Source of the DNA: an uncultured Planctomycetales bacterium
GTDB lineage: Bacteria; Omnitrophota; Gorgyraeia; Zapsychrales; JANLHA01
Assembly (NCBI GenBank): GCA_964489065.1
Contig: CAZAXH010000003.1
Location: 191,104-255,103, forward strand
Length of the DNA: 64,000 nt
Direction of reading: 5' to 3'
Below are positions 9,596 through 18,127 of this stretch, one piece after another. The position numbers and the translations under genes are program-made. The first letter of the stretch is position 1; every line of letters starts with the position of its first letter. The notes under the pieces are model-generated. The model was not told the DNA's origin. It ran no database searches and worked only from the letters and a program-made list of their open reading frames with translations.

Positions 9596-9692
9596 AGAAA
9601 CGCTCCTTTGTATGGTATTGCGTTATAACTATAACATACCTAAAAGTTCCTGTGTAAGAAAATGGAATAAATTGAGGGGGGAATAATTTTTG

Positions 9693-9720
9693 TTGACCGC
9701 TTAATGGATTATGGTAATAT
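9693..9720 (+). promoter_or_regulatory. Sigma70-like promoter upstream of tRNA-Glu (TTGACC, 16-nt spacer, TAATAT)
   Basis: Good -35 and -10 hexamers sit about 55 nt upstream of the tRNA. Confidence 0.45.
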
Positions 9721-9776
9721 TTAAAGTTAACAGCCCGGCGTTTTTCGAGGGAGAATGGCCGGGTGGTGAGGATTTT

Positions 9777-9854
9777 GGCCCCATCGTCTAGCCTGGTCCA
9801 GGACGTATGGTTCTCAGCCATAAAACGCCGGTTCAAATCCGGCTGGGGCTACCA
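9777..9854 (+). tRNA. tRNA-Glu (anticodon CTC) with encoded CCA
   Basis: Acceptor ggcccca/tggggct, D-arm tcGTCtagcctggtccagGACg, anticodon stem tatgg/ccata with loop ttCTCag, T-arm gccgg-ttcaaat-ccggc, 3' ACCA. Confidence 0.85.
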
Positions 9855-9864
9855 ATTTGAAAAT

Positions 9865-9899
9865 AAGGGACACCCTTTTTTGGGTGTCCCTTATTTTTT
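9865..9899 (+). terminator. Rho-independent terminator after tRNA-Glu
   Basis: aagggacaccc-ttttttg-ggtgtccctt followed by a T-run. Confidence 0.8.
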
Positions 9900-10078
9900 A
9901 TGTCTCCCCGTTTGAACGGCCAGCGGAGCTACTGGCGACCGAGCCCGTCCTTTTAAAGCTTGGGAAGCAAGGGATCCGCGAGCACTTTAGTGAGCCAGCG
10001 AAATCCGGCTGGGGTTATATTATAAAAAAGTAAGTATTTCTTTGCAATATCGACTATAATAAAAAGAAGAAAACGCTT

Positions 10079-10372
10079 ATGAAATTAGATAAATCTGTAA
10101 GAATGTTTTTTTTAATTATTTTGGTTTTCTGCTTCTTGACGATTGCAACTCAAGGGCTTTTAGCCTTCAGTTGTGCTCAGGGTTGTTTCTGCTGCAATAA
10201 CGGGTGTCACTGCGCTTCTAATGTCTTGTGTTCTAACTCTGTTATCATGGCGCTTTTAGCAACAAATTTTTTCATAAGCAATGTCCTGGATTTTTCGAAT
10301 AGGATCTATTCTGAAAGCAATTTTCTTTATTTTTTTCTGTCGACCCGCGACATCTTTCATCCTCCGCGTTAA
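10079..10372 (+). CDS. Small Cys-rich protein with signal peptide, lying in an AT-rich islet
   Basis: Hydrophobic N-terminus ending LLAFSC, then CAQGCFCCNNGCHCASNVLC. Its -10 box and RBS context (actataat ... atgaaa) duplicates that of the next gene. The C-terminal half is low-complexity, so the true length is uncertain. Confidence 0.4.
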   Translation: MKLDKSVRMFFLIILVFCFLTIATQGLLAFSCAQGCFCCNNGCHCASNVLCSNSVIMALLATNFFISNVLDFSNRIYSESNFLYFFLSTRDIFHPPR

Positions 10373-10422
10373 GACTTCTTATCTTCGTTCACTATAATCA
10401 GAAGAAAAAGAAGGAGTCTATC

Positions 10423-10632
10423 ATGAAACAATTATTGCGTTGTGTTTTGCTGGCTTTGCCGCTCATGATGATGTCGGCCGTTAGTTTTTCCGGCTGTGCG
10501 ACAACGATGGAAACTTGTCCTTGTCAGGACGGAGCGGCCTCGAAGGATAAAAATTGTTCTTGCGACTGCGGTTGTCAAGGACAAGCAGGGTGTCAATGTG
10601 CTGTGGGGAAACAGTGCTCCCCATGTAAGTAA
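10423..10632 (+). CDS. Cys-rich (metallothionein-like) small lipoprotein or possible precursor peptide
   Basis: Signal peptide ending in the lipobox-like FSGC. The mature portion CATTMETCPCQDGAASKDKNCSCDCGCQGQAGCQCAVGKQCSPCK has 14 Cys in 45 residues, arranged as CxC, CxCxCxC and CxxC. Confidence 0.6.
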   Translation: MKQLLRCVLLALPLMMMSAVSFSGCATTMETCPCQDGAASKDKNCSCDCGCQGQAGCQCAVGKQCSPCK

Positions 10633-10654
10633 AGCACGTTAATCAACTGCATTT

Positions 10655-10688
10655 AGGGCCGGTCAAAGACCGGCCCTTTTTTATTTTT
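10655..10688 (+). terminator. Rho-independent terminator after the Cys-rich lipoprotein gene
   Basis: gggccggtc-aaa-gaccggccc followed by tttttatttt. Confidence 0.75.
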
Positions 10689-10916
10689 AAATCTCCTTGA
10701 GGAATTTTTGCTGTATGCCGAGTTCATTCCTCGTGTCCTTCCATCGGCAGGAACTCCTTTGTTTTGCATGTCTTCTCGATCTCTTACATCACTGCGCTCA
10801 AAGCAAATCCGGCCGGGGCTCCCTGTGCCCCCCAGCGATTGAATTATTACCGGGGGTTCTTCCTGTTTCCCATATTTTTGTCTTGGGCGTATAATAATGA
10901 AAAAGAGAGGATACAC

Positions 10917-12503
10917 ATGTTCCCTTCCGCTCGAGAACAAAGATACCGATTCCGCGTTATCATCCCCGCCTATCCGTCTTTTAATATCTATTCAGGCTTG
11001 GCAGACAAGACAACAACCTTGGGCGCGGTTGCTGTGGCTACGGCTGTTCATAAGACAGCCGACTGGGATGTTGAGGTCATTGATGAGAATAATCTGCGGA
11101 GGTACGGCCCGAGAGTATCCGGGACAGGCGCAGACCACGAGTTTCTTCAGGCCCAGCGGCCTGCCGATGTCATTGGGCTATATGGAGGGCTGACAAGCAC
11201 CATTCCGCGTCTTTATGAAGTGGCGCGTTTTTATAAAAGCTGGAATAAAAGAATCGTGACAATCGCAGGCGGCCAGCATTTTGTTGAAGAAACCATCCCC
11301 GAAGCGTTAAATTCGGGGGTTGATTATATTATTCTGGGTGAGGCAGAAGAAACGGTCAAAGAGCTGCTTGGGAGTTTTCAGAACAAGAATGATGTGAGCG
11401 CGGTTAAAGGGATCGCTTATCTAAAAGAAGGCAAAGTGGCGGTGACTCCCCGCCGGGAGCCGATTACGGATTTTGAGAAGCTGCCGTTGCCGGACTTTTC
11501 TCTCGTGCGCTATGCAAACATTAAGGTTTATCCTGTTGAACGGATTCGTGGGTGCGGAATGAATTGCGAGTTTTGTACTGTGAAAGGGCGGCCGCGGTGT
11601 GCGTCCCCCGAGAGGCTCATGGCGCAGATTAGTTTTATCGTTGAAACCCGGGATGCCCGGCATTTTTTTGTCGTGGACGATCTGTTTGGTCAGCAGCGGG
11701 AGGAGACGATAAGATTTTGCCGCCTCCTTCGGGAATATCAAAAAAATATCGGGCGGAGGCTGGATTTTACCGCGCAGATCCGTTTGGATAAGGCGAGGGA
11801 CAGGGAATTGCTTTCCGCGATGCGTGAAGCGGGCATCAACATGGTGGCCATTGGCTACGAGTCGCCTATTGAAGAAGAATTGAAAACGATGCAGAAGAAA
11901 ATGCACCCCGCGGAGATGATCTCTTTGACGAGGTTATTTCATAAGCACGGATTTCTGGTGCACGGGATGTTTATTTTTGGCTATCCTTTGGAAGAGGGAA
12001 GGCTTGTCAGAATGTCTATGCAGGAACGGCTCAAAAGGTATCGGCAATTTATTAAACAGTCCCGTATTGATACGCTTCAGGTTTTGCTTCCGGTCCCCTT
12101 GCCCGGAACGGAGTTGCGAGAACGATTACAGCGGCAAAAAAGGGTTTTTCCTTTGGAGGATGTGGGCTGGGAATATTATGATGGCAATTTCCCGCTGTTC
12201 AGGCCGGATGAGCCGATGACGCCAGAAGAAATGCTTTATGCCGTGCGCAGCCTGATGGGCGGGTTTTATCAATTCCGCTATATGTTTAAAGTGGGGCTTA
12301 ATATTTTTTGCTTCCCCGCATTGCTTTTTTATCTGCATAATATCCGCTCCGGCTGGAGGAAATGGTACCGGTCCTGGCGCAATGATTTGATTCGTATCGG
12401 CGGCTGGTTTATCGTGAAGGGCTGGGCCGAAGCCTACAAAAGGGAGACGTTCCCGGGAAAACTAGCAAGGGCGCAGAAGCATTTGAAACAACAAGCTCAT
12501 TAA
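10917..12503 (+). CDS. B12-binding-domain radical SAM enzyme (class B rSAM)
   Basis: N-terminal cobalamin-binding Rossmann-like segment (RVIIPAYPSFNIYSGL...DWDVEVIDEN...IVTIAGGQHF) and rSAM cluster motif CGMNCEFC (Cx3Cx2C). Start set at MFPSAREQ, which has a GAGAGGA ribosome-binding site. Confidence 0.75.
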   Translation: MFPSAREQRYRFRVIIPAYPSFNIYSGLADKTTTLGAVAVATAVHKTADWDVEVIDENNLRRYGPRVSGTGADHEFLQAQRPADVIGLYGGLTSTIPRLYEVARFYKSWNKRIVTIAGGQHFVEETIPEALNSGVDYIILGEAEETVKELLGSFQNKNDVSAVKGIAYLKEGKVAVTPRREPITDFEKLPLPDFSLVRYANIKVYPVERIRGCGMNCEFCTVKGRPRCASPERLMAQISFIVETRDARHFFVVDDLFGQQREETIRFCRLLREYQKNIGRRLDFTAQIRLDKARDRELLSAMREAGINMVAIGYESPIEEELKTMQKKMHPAEMISLTRLFHKHGFLVHGMFIFGYPLEEGRLVRMSMQERLKRYRQFIKQSRIDTLQVLLPVPLPGTELRERLQRQKRVFPLEDVGWEYYDGNFPLFRPDEPMTPEEMLYAVRSLMGGFYQFRYMFKVGLNIFCFPALLFYLHNIRSGWRKWYRSWRNDLIRIGGWFIVKGWAEAYKRETFPGKLARAQKHLKQQAH

Positions 12504-12781
12504 TTCCCGCGTTCCCAGAAGGCCGGGGGCTTGTTTTGCTCATGCCCGCAATAAATAATCATGGTGTTTCTTCAGGGGGTAGGTTAGGTTTAAAATGATA
12601 GCTATTATAGGCGAAAAAGAGTATACTTAACTTGCATCACTTAAATAGATAAGTCCTGCCGCGCAGATCTCTTGATCTTCTTTCCTGATATCTGTCAGAT
12701 ATTCCATCTATTTATTTTCGATATTTAAGAAATACGAAAAGGAAATCCTGTTTTATCCGAGGAGTCAATGAAAGGCATGAA

Positions 12782-12927
12782 CCCCAGAGCAAGCTCTGGA
12801 CTCAATGAACCGCAGTAAGCTGCGGGGTATTAAATTAATATCCTTCAACTCGTTTGCTGAAGGATCAATTCTTATTTCTAGTTTACACTTCCTTAGGCCG
12901 TGTAAACTCAATGCTCGTCGAATAAAC
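12782..12927 (-). ncRNA. Structured intergenic repeat element, full copy 3 (modules A and B), minus orientation
   Basis: Its reverse complement reads ttcgacgagcattgagtttacac-ggcctaaggaa-gtgtaaactagaaataagaattgatccttcagcaaacgagttgaaggat...ttaataccccgcagcttactgcggttcattgagtccagagcttgctctgggg. Confidence 0.6.
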
Positions 12928-12935
12928 GGGGGGGG

Positions 12936-13142
12936 ATGATGTCAAAAGGCAAGATAAAAGAATATGATCCCCATCACGGGTGTGGGATCGTTGTCGATAT
13001 TGACACGGGGCAGGAGTTAACGGTTTACGCAAATTATACCAATTTAAAAGACAGGGAAGTTTTGACGGCAGGCCGGGACGTCGAATACGAAATAAAAAAT
13101 AACCGGCACGATAATTGGGCGGTTAATGTAAGGGTCTTATAA
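12936..13142 (+). CDS. Cold-shock-domain-like small nucleic-acid-binding protein
   Basis: 68 aa. GKIKEYDPHHGCGIVV...GQEL...VEYEI...AVNV follows the CspA-type OB-fold pattern (G.VKWFN.KGFGFI...G..V.F......A.NV), though it is divergent. Confidence 0.45.
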   Translation: MMSKGKIKEYDPHHGCGIVVDIDTGQELTVYANYTNLKDREVLTAGRDVEYEIKNNRHDNWAVNVRVL

Positions 13143-13486
13143 GAATATTCAAGAAGCATGGCTTTCGCGCCTATGGGCGAGGGGTCTATGAACACTTCGT
13201 TTCGTGGCACGGCCTGTTTGTTGAACGCGCGAATATCCCCGCAGCAGAAGACCTTGTTAACCGCATGTGTTTATCCATGGGCATGTCTGTGGTTTTCCGC
13301 GAAGGCAGATAAAAACAGGAGCAAAAAGATTAACCCTTGTTTAAGTTGTAAGGGATTAATATTAGCGAAGGGAGGGCCGTTTGAGTCATGCTTTGATTAT
13401 GTGCTGAAGATGAAAAAATGAAGTAAAAAACAATGACTTGCCGGGAAATTTTTTCTGGCATCAAATTAAACTGTGAGGGGGATAAA

Positions 13487-13795
13487 ATGAAAATATACGT
13501 TGGTAATTTTTCATATGATGTGACGGAAGAAGAATTAAGGGCTGTCTTCGAACCTTTTGGCCAAGTCGAGTCGGCCAGAATTATTAAAGATAAGTTTTCG
13601 GGAGAGTCTAAAGGGTTTGGCTTCGTGGAGATGCCGGATAAAACGGCCGCCCAGGCTGCGATGCAAGGGATTACAGAAATTAAGGGGCGACGCGTGACCG
13701 TCAATGAGGCCCGCCCGCAGCAGAGTCATTCTGGGCCATCAAGAAAAGGCGGGTTTGGCAAATTTAATTCTCCCCGGAGAGAGCGGAGATATTAA
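13487..13795 (+). CDS. RRM-type RNA-binding protein (Rbp-like) with Gly/Arg-rich tail
   Basis: RNP-2 IYVGNF and RNP-1 KGFGFVEM, with the C-terminal tail GGFGKFNSPRRERRY. Start set at MKIYVGN, which has a GAGGGGGA ribosome-binding site. About 340 nt of leader lie upstream. Confidence 0.85.
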   Translation: MKIYVGNFSYDVTEEELRAVFEPFGQVESARIIKDKFSGESKGFGFVEMPDKTAAQAAMQGITEIKGRRVTVNEARPQQSHSGPSRKGGFGKFNSPRRERRY

Positions 13796-13924
13796 TTAAA
13801 CAGGATGGAAGAGCAGCGGATGATAGCACGCGGGAAGATACTATGCATTTTCGGGAAGCCGGAAGCGGAGAAATAAGGAAATTCTGCGCCGGGAGATAAT
13901 GCCAGCATCAGCATGACAGAAAAG

Positions 13925-13959
13925 CCGCAGGGATAAAAGAGATTTTTTTATCCCTGCGG
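13925..13959. repeat. Perfect 14-bp-stem hairpin downstream of the rbp gene
   Basis: ccgcagggataaaa-gagattt-ttttatccctgcgg. Confidence 0.6.
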
Positions 13960-13982
13960 ACGGGCTTGTCTATAACCCCCTC

Positions 13983-14110
13983 CTTTGCCCTGTCCCTGAA
14001 TGGGGCCAGTCCCCTTGAGGGGACTGGCCCCGTAACGCGTAACGCACTATCTGTAACCTAACCCCCTGCTATTGAGAGATTGCAGGGGGTTTTTGTTTGA
14101 GGTAGAATGA
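13983..14110 (+). repeat. Intergenic repeat module T1 (GC hairpin, intrinsic terminator, then a -10-like box)
   Basis: cctttgccctgtccctgaatggggccagtcccc-ttga-ggggactggccccgtaa ... ccccctgc-tattgagagat-tgcaggggg-tttttgtttg-aggtagaatga. Terminator core at 14062-14098. Homologous copies at 47431, 51214 and 49361. Confidence 0.75.
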
Positions 14111-14158
14111 CTTCTGGAGACTTGAGCATCGTTTTAGATACCGACGAAGGAGGCTGGC

Positions 14159-14722
14159 ATGAAAAATAAAAATCAAAGGAATATTTTGTCGTGCGCGCGG
14201 GGCTTTTTAATCGGATTAATTGCTTTCAGTGGTTTGATTCATCAGGAAAAAACCGCCTTTGCCATGGCGATGAGTCCCTATATAGACATTGAGGCCACCG
14301 TTGTTTCTTTGTCATTGGAAAGCCCCGAGGGCTATTATGAGGACGGGAAATTGGTCAGGGCTCCGCTTGATTCAGCCGTTGTGAGAATAGATAAGATTTA
14401 TGAAAAAGGCGGAGACGAGCCGTTTGATTGGGCTTCTATCGGAATTGAAGCCGGGAAGGCCGTGGAGCTTGAATTTAAATATTCAGTCAGGCCCGCTAAA
14501 ATTGTGACCGTTGTTGGGCAAACGATACAATCCGGCAGTGTTGTTTCTCATATTGTTGCCCCTGCCGAAAATACGTTTGAAGACGGTTATTTTGTCTTTA
14601 GAGAAGACGGGAGCGCGGAAACCGAAACAATATTGCCGGGCTTGCAGGTCGGGTCCCGTTTCCGGACGAAATTATGGAAGACTTTCGAAGTGAAAGCAGG
14701 TCAGTATGAGGTATTGCATTAA
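14159..14722 (+). CDS. Hypothetical secreted protein
   Basis: N-terminal signal peptide (LIGLIAFSGLIHQEKTAFA), no recognisable domain. Good coding potential. Confidence 0.5.
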   Translation: MKNKNQRNILSCARGFLIGLIAFSGLIHQEKTAFAMAMSPYIDIEATVVSLSLESPEGYYEDGKLVRAPLDSAVVRIDKIYEKGGDEPFDWASIGIEAGKAVELEFKYSVRPAKIVTVVGQTIQSGSVVSHIVAPAENTFEDGYFVFREDGSAETETILPGLQVGSRFRTKLWKTFEVKAGQYEVLH

Positions 14723-14917
14723 TTATCCGGACAACGACACTTCTGTATTCTGCGCTTAGCTGCGGAAATACATCTCCGAGACGGAAGACAAAGAAATATG
14801 AGCATGGCGTTGATAAAACATTGAGCTAAAACAAAGTCCGCTGAATCAAGCACGGCAAAAGCCGGCAGAAATATGGGGCAGGCGATGAATGTGCAGAAAG
14901 CCATGCGTAAGGATTAT

Positions 14918-17494
14918 ATGAAGAATTTGTGCTGCGTTATTTTATTGTTTTTTATCGCAGGGATTCCCGGACAGGGACTGTCTTATTCTAAAGACGAGAC
15001 TGTTGTGGCCGCTGTCACGGCGCTTCGGGAGATCACGTCTGTTGACCAGTTGCTTGAGTATTTGGATGATCAAGAATGGTTTAATCGCTTCGCTGCGATT
15101 CAGATTTTGGGAGAAAGAAAGGAACGGCGAGCGGTTGAGCCTTTACTGGAAATGCTTAAACACGAAAATGACCATGCCTTTCGTAAGGAAATCCTTGCCG
15201 CTCTTACTGGAATTGAAGGAAGGGGCGCGGTTGAGCCTTTGCTGGCCGTGCTTAAAGACGAAAAGGACACTCCAACGCGTAAGGACATTTTTATCTCTCT
15301 GGCTGAAATCAATGACGCGCGGGCTATTGCCGTTTTCGTAGACGAGCTGGAGAAGGACACGTTTCAGTTTTATGATCAGCCGGAAAAACATATTATCCGG
15401 CTCATCAACGAAGCGCAGGATCCGGCCATGGTGTTGCCGGCGCTTAAAGCCGGTAATGTTGCTGTACGGCAGGCCGCGGCAGAGGCCCTGGACAAGCTTG
15501 GATGGAGGCCTGCGAAGGGCGAAGACGAGGTTTTATACCACGCGGCGAAACGGGACTGGGAAAAATGTGCTCTGCTCGGCGGTATTTCTGTCGACATTTT
15601 GTCAGAATTATTGAATGACGTATATTGGGGAAACTATACTGTCGAGATCGGCTTGGCCCTCGGAAGGATAAACGATCCCCGGGCCTTTGCGTCGTTGGAA
15701 AAGGCTTTGCGGGCAGACGGCTGGTGGCTTCGCGAGAAAGTAGCTGAAGTTCTAGGGGATCTCAGGGATCCCCGTGGCGTCGATCCTTTGATTCGCGCTG
15801 TTTCTGATGACGATGAAAGAGTCAGCAGCAAGGCGATAGGGGCCTTGGGAAAGATGAAAGCTGCGCAGGCACAGGCCGCCCTGGTCGCCGCGTTGATGAA
15901 TGAAAACAGCCGCGTCCGTCAGGCCGCGGCCGCGGCCCTGGAGGAGACCGCCTGGACCCCTTCCGCCCCGCAGGAGAAAGCCTCCTATTACGTTGCTAAA
16001 CAGGATACGGAGTCCTCTGCGGCGCTGGGGCAGGTTGCCACCGCTCCCCTTTTGACTTCTGCCTCGGATCCTTATGATTTTGAGGCGAGTAATTTTGCGA
16101 TCGCCGCATTGGCGAAGATCGGGCCTCCTGCCGTTGAGCCGTTGCTTTCTGAATTTACATCGGCCGCCGAGGTTCCCGTTATAATTAATAATGCTGCCGA
16201 TGAGCAGACGGCCTATGAACTCCGCCAGGCGAATATCCGCCGGCGTCGGGCCATTGTCAGGGCATTGGGAGATATTAAGGATCTCCGGGCCACAGAACCC
16301 CTGATCAGGGCCATGGCGGATGAAGAAATCAGAAACTCGGTTATTGAAGCCTTGGGAAAATTGGGGTCCCCGACCGCAACTACAACACTTATTGGTTTGC
16401 TTAAGGATGATGAGCCGCAGACACGGAAAGTGACGGCTGACGCTTTGGGCCAGATCGGGTGGACGCCGGCAACGGATGCCGAAAAAGCCGCCTATTATAT
16501 TGCCGGTCAGGATTGGGAGGCCTGTGAAAAGCTGGGGCCGGCGGCCGTCGAGCCATTGATCGCGCTTGTATTGGCCGGGAAGAAATCTGATTATGATGCC
16601 GATCCGGTTGTAAGGGCGCTGGGCAGGATTAGGGATCCGCGTGCGATTAAGCCCCTGGTATGTGCGTTAAGCCGATATCAATTTTTCGGCGATTTCGGGG
16701 GGCGTGACGAGGAGATACTTATTGAAGCTCTTACAGGTTTCGGGCCGGGGGCCGTAGCTCCGCTGATGGAAGCCATGGATAAAGCTCCCATACTTATCAG
16801 CGCCAATGACCTCTCACCGGAGAGCAGGGAAAGGATGATTGAAGTTTTGCTGAAAAATAACTGGGCGGTACGGATGAGCCCATGGCAGTTTTTGTTGCTC
16901 GTTGATCCTGCAAGCGTTGAGGACCGGATGTCTGAGGTATTAGGCGGTGATTTCGAAAGATTGAAAGGAATTCTCAGCCGGGCGGAGGAGCAGCCGAACC
17001 GCCGCCTGATCGCCCGGGTCCTTTCCGCGATTGGCGATGTGCGCGCTATCCCTGTTTTGGCGGCTCATCTGCAGGACTGGGAAGCCCGTTATGAGATCGC
17101 AGGCGCTTTGCGGCAGTTGCAGTGGCAGCCGACGACCGAAAAAGAAAGAATTTATTTTCTGCTCAGCGGAGGAAGCGATGATGGCATTGACGCGCAATGG
17201 GATGCCGTGGAAAAAGTGTTGCTGGATGACCTTGAGAATGGAGATGAGCGTGCGGTCAGTTTTGCCTTGTTCACGTTCATTTATCTGGGCCGGGAGGAAT
17301 ACGTTCCGAAACTCATCGAGGTCTTATGGAAACGAGGTTCCAGGAATCTAGCTGAGGCCTATTTGAATTGCGGGCATGATAAATTGGCAGATGCCGCCAG
17401 TAAGTGGGCAGTGGCCAACGGGTATATGGTTGTTTCCCATAACGCCACACCGAGCGATGGTTCTTACCATCCTGTCAGTTGGGATTCTAAATGA
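14918..17494 (+). CDS. Large HEAT-repeat (PBS-lyase HEAT-like) protein with signal peptide
   Basis: More than 15 repeats of the type AVEPLL..LKDE...VR..AA.ALG.IG. Start set at MKNLCCVILLFFIAG, which has an AAGGA ribosome-binding site. Confidence 0.75.
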   Translation: MKNLCCVILLFFIAGIPGQGLSYSKDETVVAAVTALREITSVDQLLEYLDDQEWFNRFAAIQILGERKERRAVEPLLEMLKHENDHAFRKEILAALTGIEGRGAVEPLLAVLKDEKDTPTRKDIFISLAEINDARAIAVFVDELEKDTFQFYDQPEKHIIRLINEAQDPAMVLPALKAGNVAVRQAAAEALDKLGWRPAKGEDEVLYHAAKRDWEKCALLGGISVDILSELLNDVYWGNYTVEIGLALGRINDPRAFASLEKALRADGWWLREKVAEVLGDLRDPRGVDPLIRAVSDDDERVSSKAIGALGKMKAAQAQAALVAALMNENSRVRQAAAAALEETAWTPSAPQEKASYYVAKQDTESSAALGQVATAPLLTSASDPYDFEASNFAIAALAKIGPPAVEPLLSEFTSAAEVPVIINNAADEQTAYELRQANIRRRRAIVRALGDIKDLRATEPLIRAMADEEIRNSVIEALGKLGSPTATTTLIGLLKDDEPQTRKVTADALGQIGWTPATDAEKAAYYIAGQDWEACEKLGPAAVEPLIALVLAGKKSDYDADPVVRALGRIRDPRAIKPLVCALSRYQFFGDFGGRDEEILIEALTGFGPGAVAPLMEAMDKAPILISANDLSPESRERMIEVLLKNNWAVRMSPWQFLLLVDPASVEDRMSEVLGGDFERLKGILSRAEEQPNRRLIARVLSAIGDVRAIPVLAAHLQDWEARYEIAGALRQLQWQPTTEKERIYFLLSGGSDDGIDAQWDAVEKVLLDDLENGDERAVSFALFTFIYLGREEYVPKLIEVLWKRGSRNLAEAYLNCGHDKLADAASKWAVANGYMVVSHNATPSDGSYHPVSWDSK

Positions 17495-17675
17495 TTGATG
17501 GTATAAGTTGTCACAGACTAGATGAGCTCATTAAATATGAGCCTCGATTAAGACAGGGGTGCGTATTATTTTTATGGTAATCCTCATTCACAATGAATGG
17601 AAAATTAAGGGCTATTATCGTGAGTTCATTAACAGAACTATTTTATAATGAATTCACACACCTGGTATTTTTGAC

Positions 17676-18098
17676 ATGAAGAACCCGGTATTACGAATAC
17701 TCCTTGTTGAAGACACGCCGGAACGGCAGAAAGCGCTGATCCATTTGTACAAAGATCATGCTTGGATTCTGGCGAACACGGCCAGACGGGCCAGAGATCT
17801 ATTGTCGGCGTATGAATTCGATATTGTTTCTTTGGATTATGATCTGGCCGGTCCGGGGAAGGGCGACGAGGTGGCGCGACACCTTGGAAATTCAAGGAGC
17901 GCTGCGGCCCTGGTCATTATCCATTCGATGAATACCCCGGGGGCGAAGAAAATCATGAAGGAAATCCCGTCGGCTGTCCATGTCCCATTTTCAAAAATCA
18001 CGAGGGATAATAAGACGTTTAAAAAATTGAAGGCTCAATTGAAGAACGGCACAAAGATAGACTGGGCGGTTGTCTTCGCAAAAGAAGCTGCATCATGA
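17676..18098 (+). CDS. CheY-like receiver-domain protein (orphan, single domain)
   Basis: ILLVEDTPERQ...DIVSLDYDLAG...VIIHSMN pattern of an alpha/beta receiver fold. Weakly conserved. Confidence 0.4.
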   Translation: MKNPVLRILLVEDTPERQKALIHLYKDHAWILANTARRARDLLSAYEFDIVSLDYDLAGPGKGDEVARHLGNSRSAAALVIIHSMNTPGAKKIMKEIPSAVHVPFSKITRDNKTFKKLKAQLKNGTKIDWAVVFAKEAAS

Positions 18099-18127
18099 TG
18101 GATCTTTTGTTATTCGGATAAGAATAC

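Noticed and set aside
9309-9836. 175-aa minus-strand ORF overlapping the FIST gene 5' end and tRNA-Glu
   Set aside because: It overlaps a confidently structured tRNA and a promoter region. It has His/Arg/Pro-rich junk composition and no ribosome-binding site.
13158-13421. 87-aa ORF between the csp-like and RRM genes
   Set aside because: It has no ribosome-binding site and a Cys/Lys-rich, low-complexity product. It lies within the likely long leader of the rbp gene. Kept only as a caveat in the findings.
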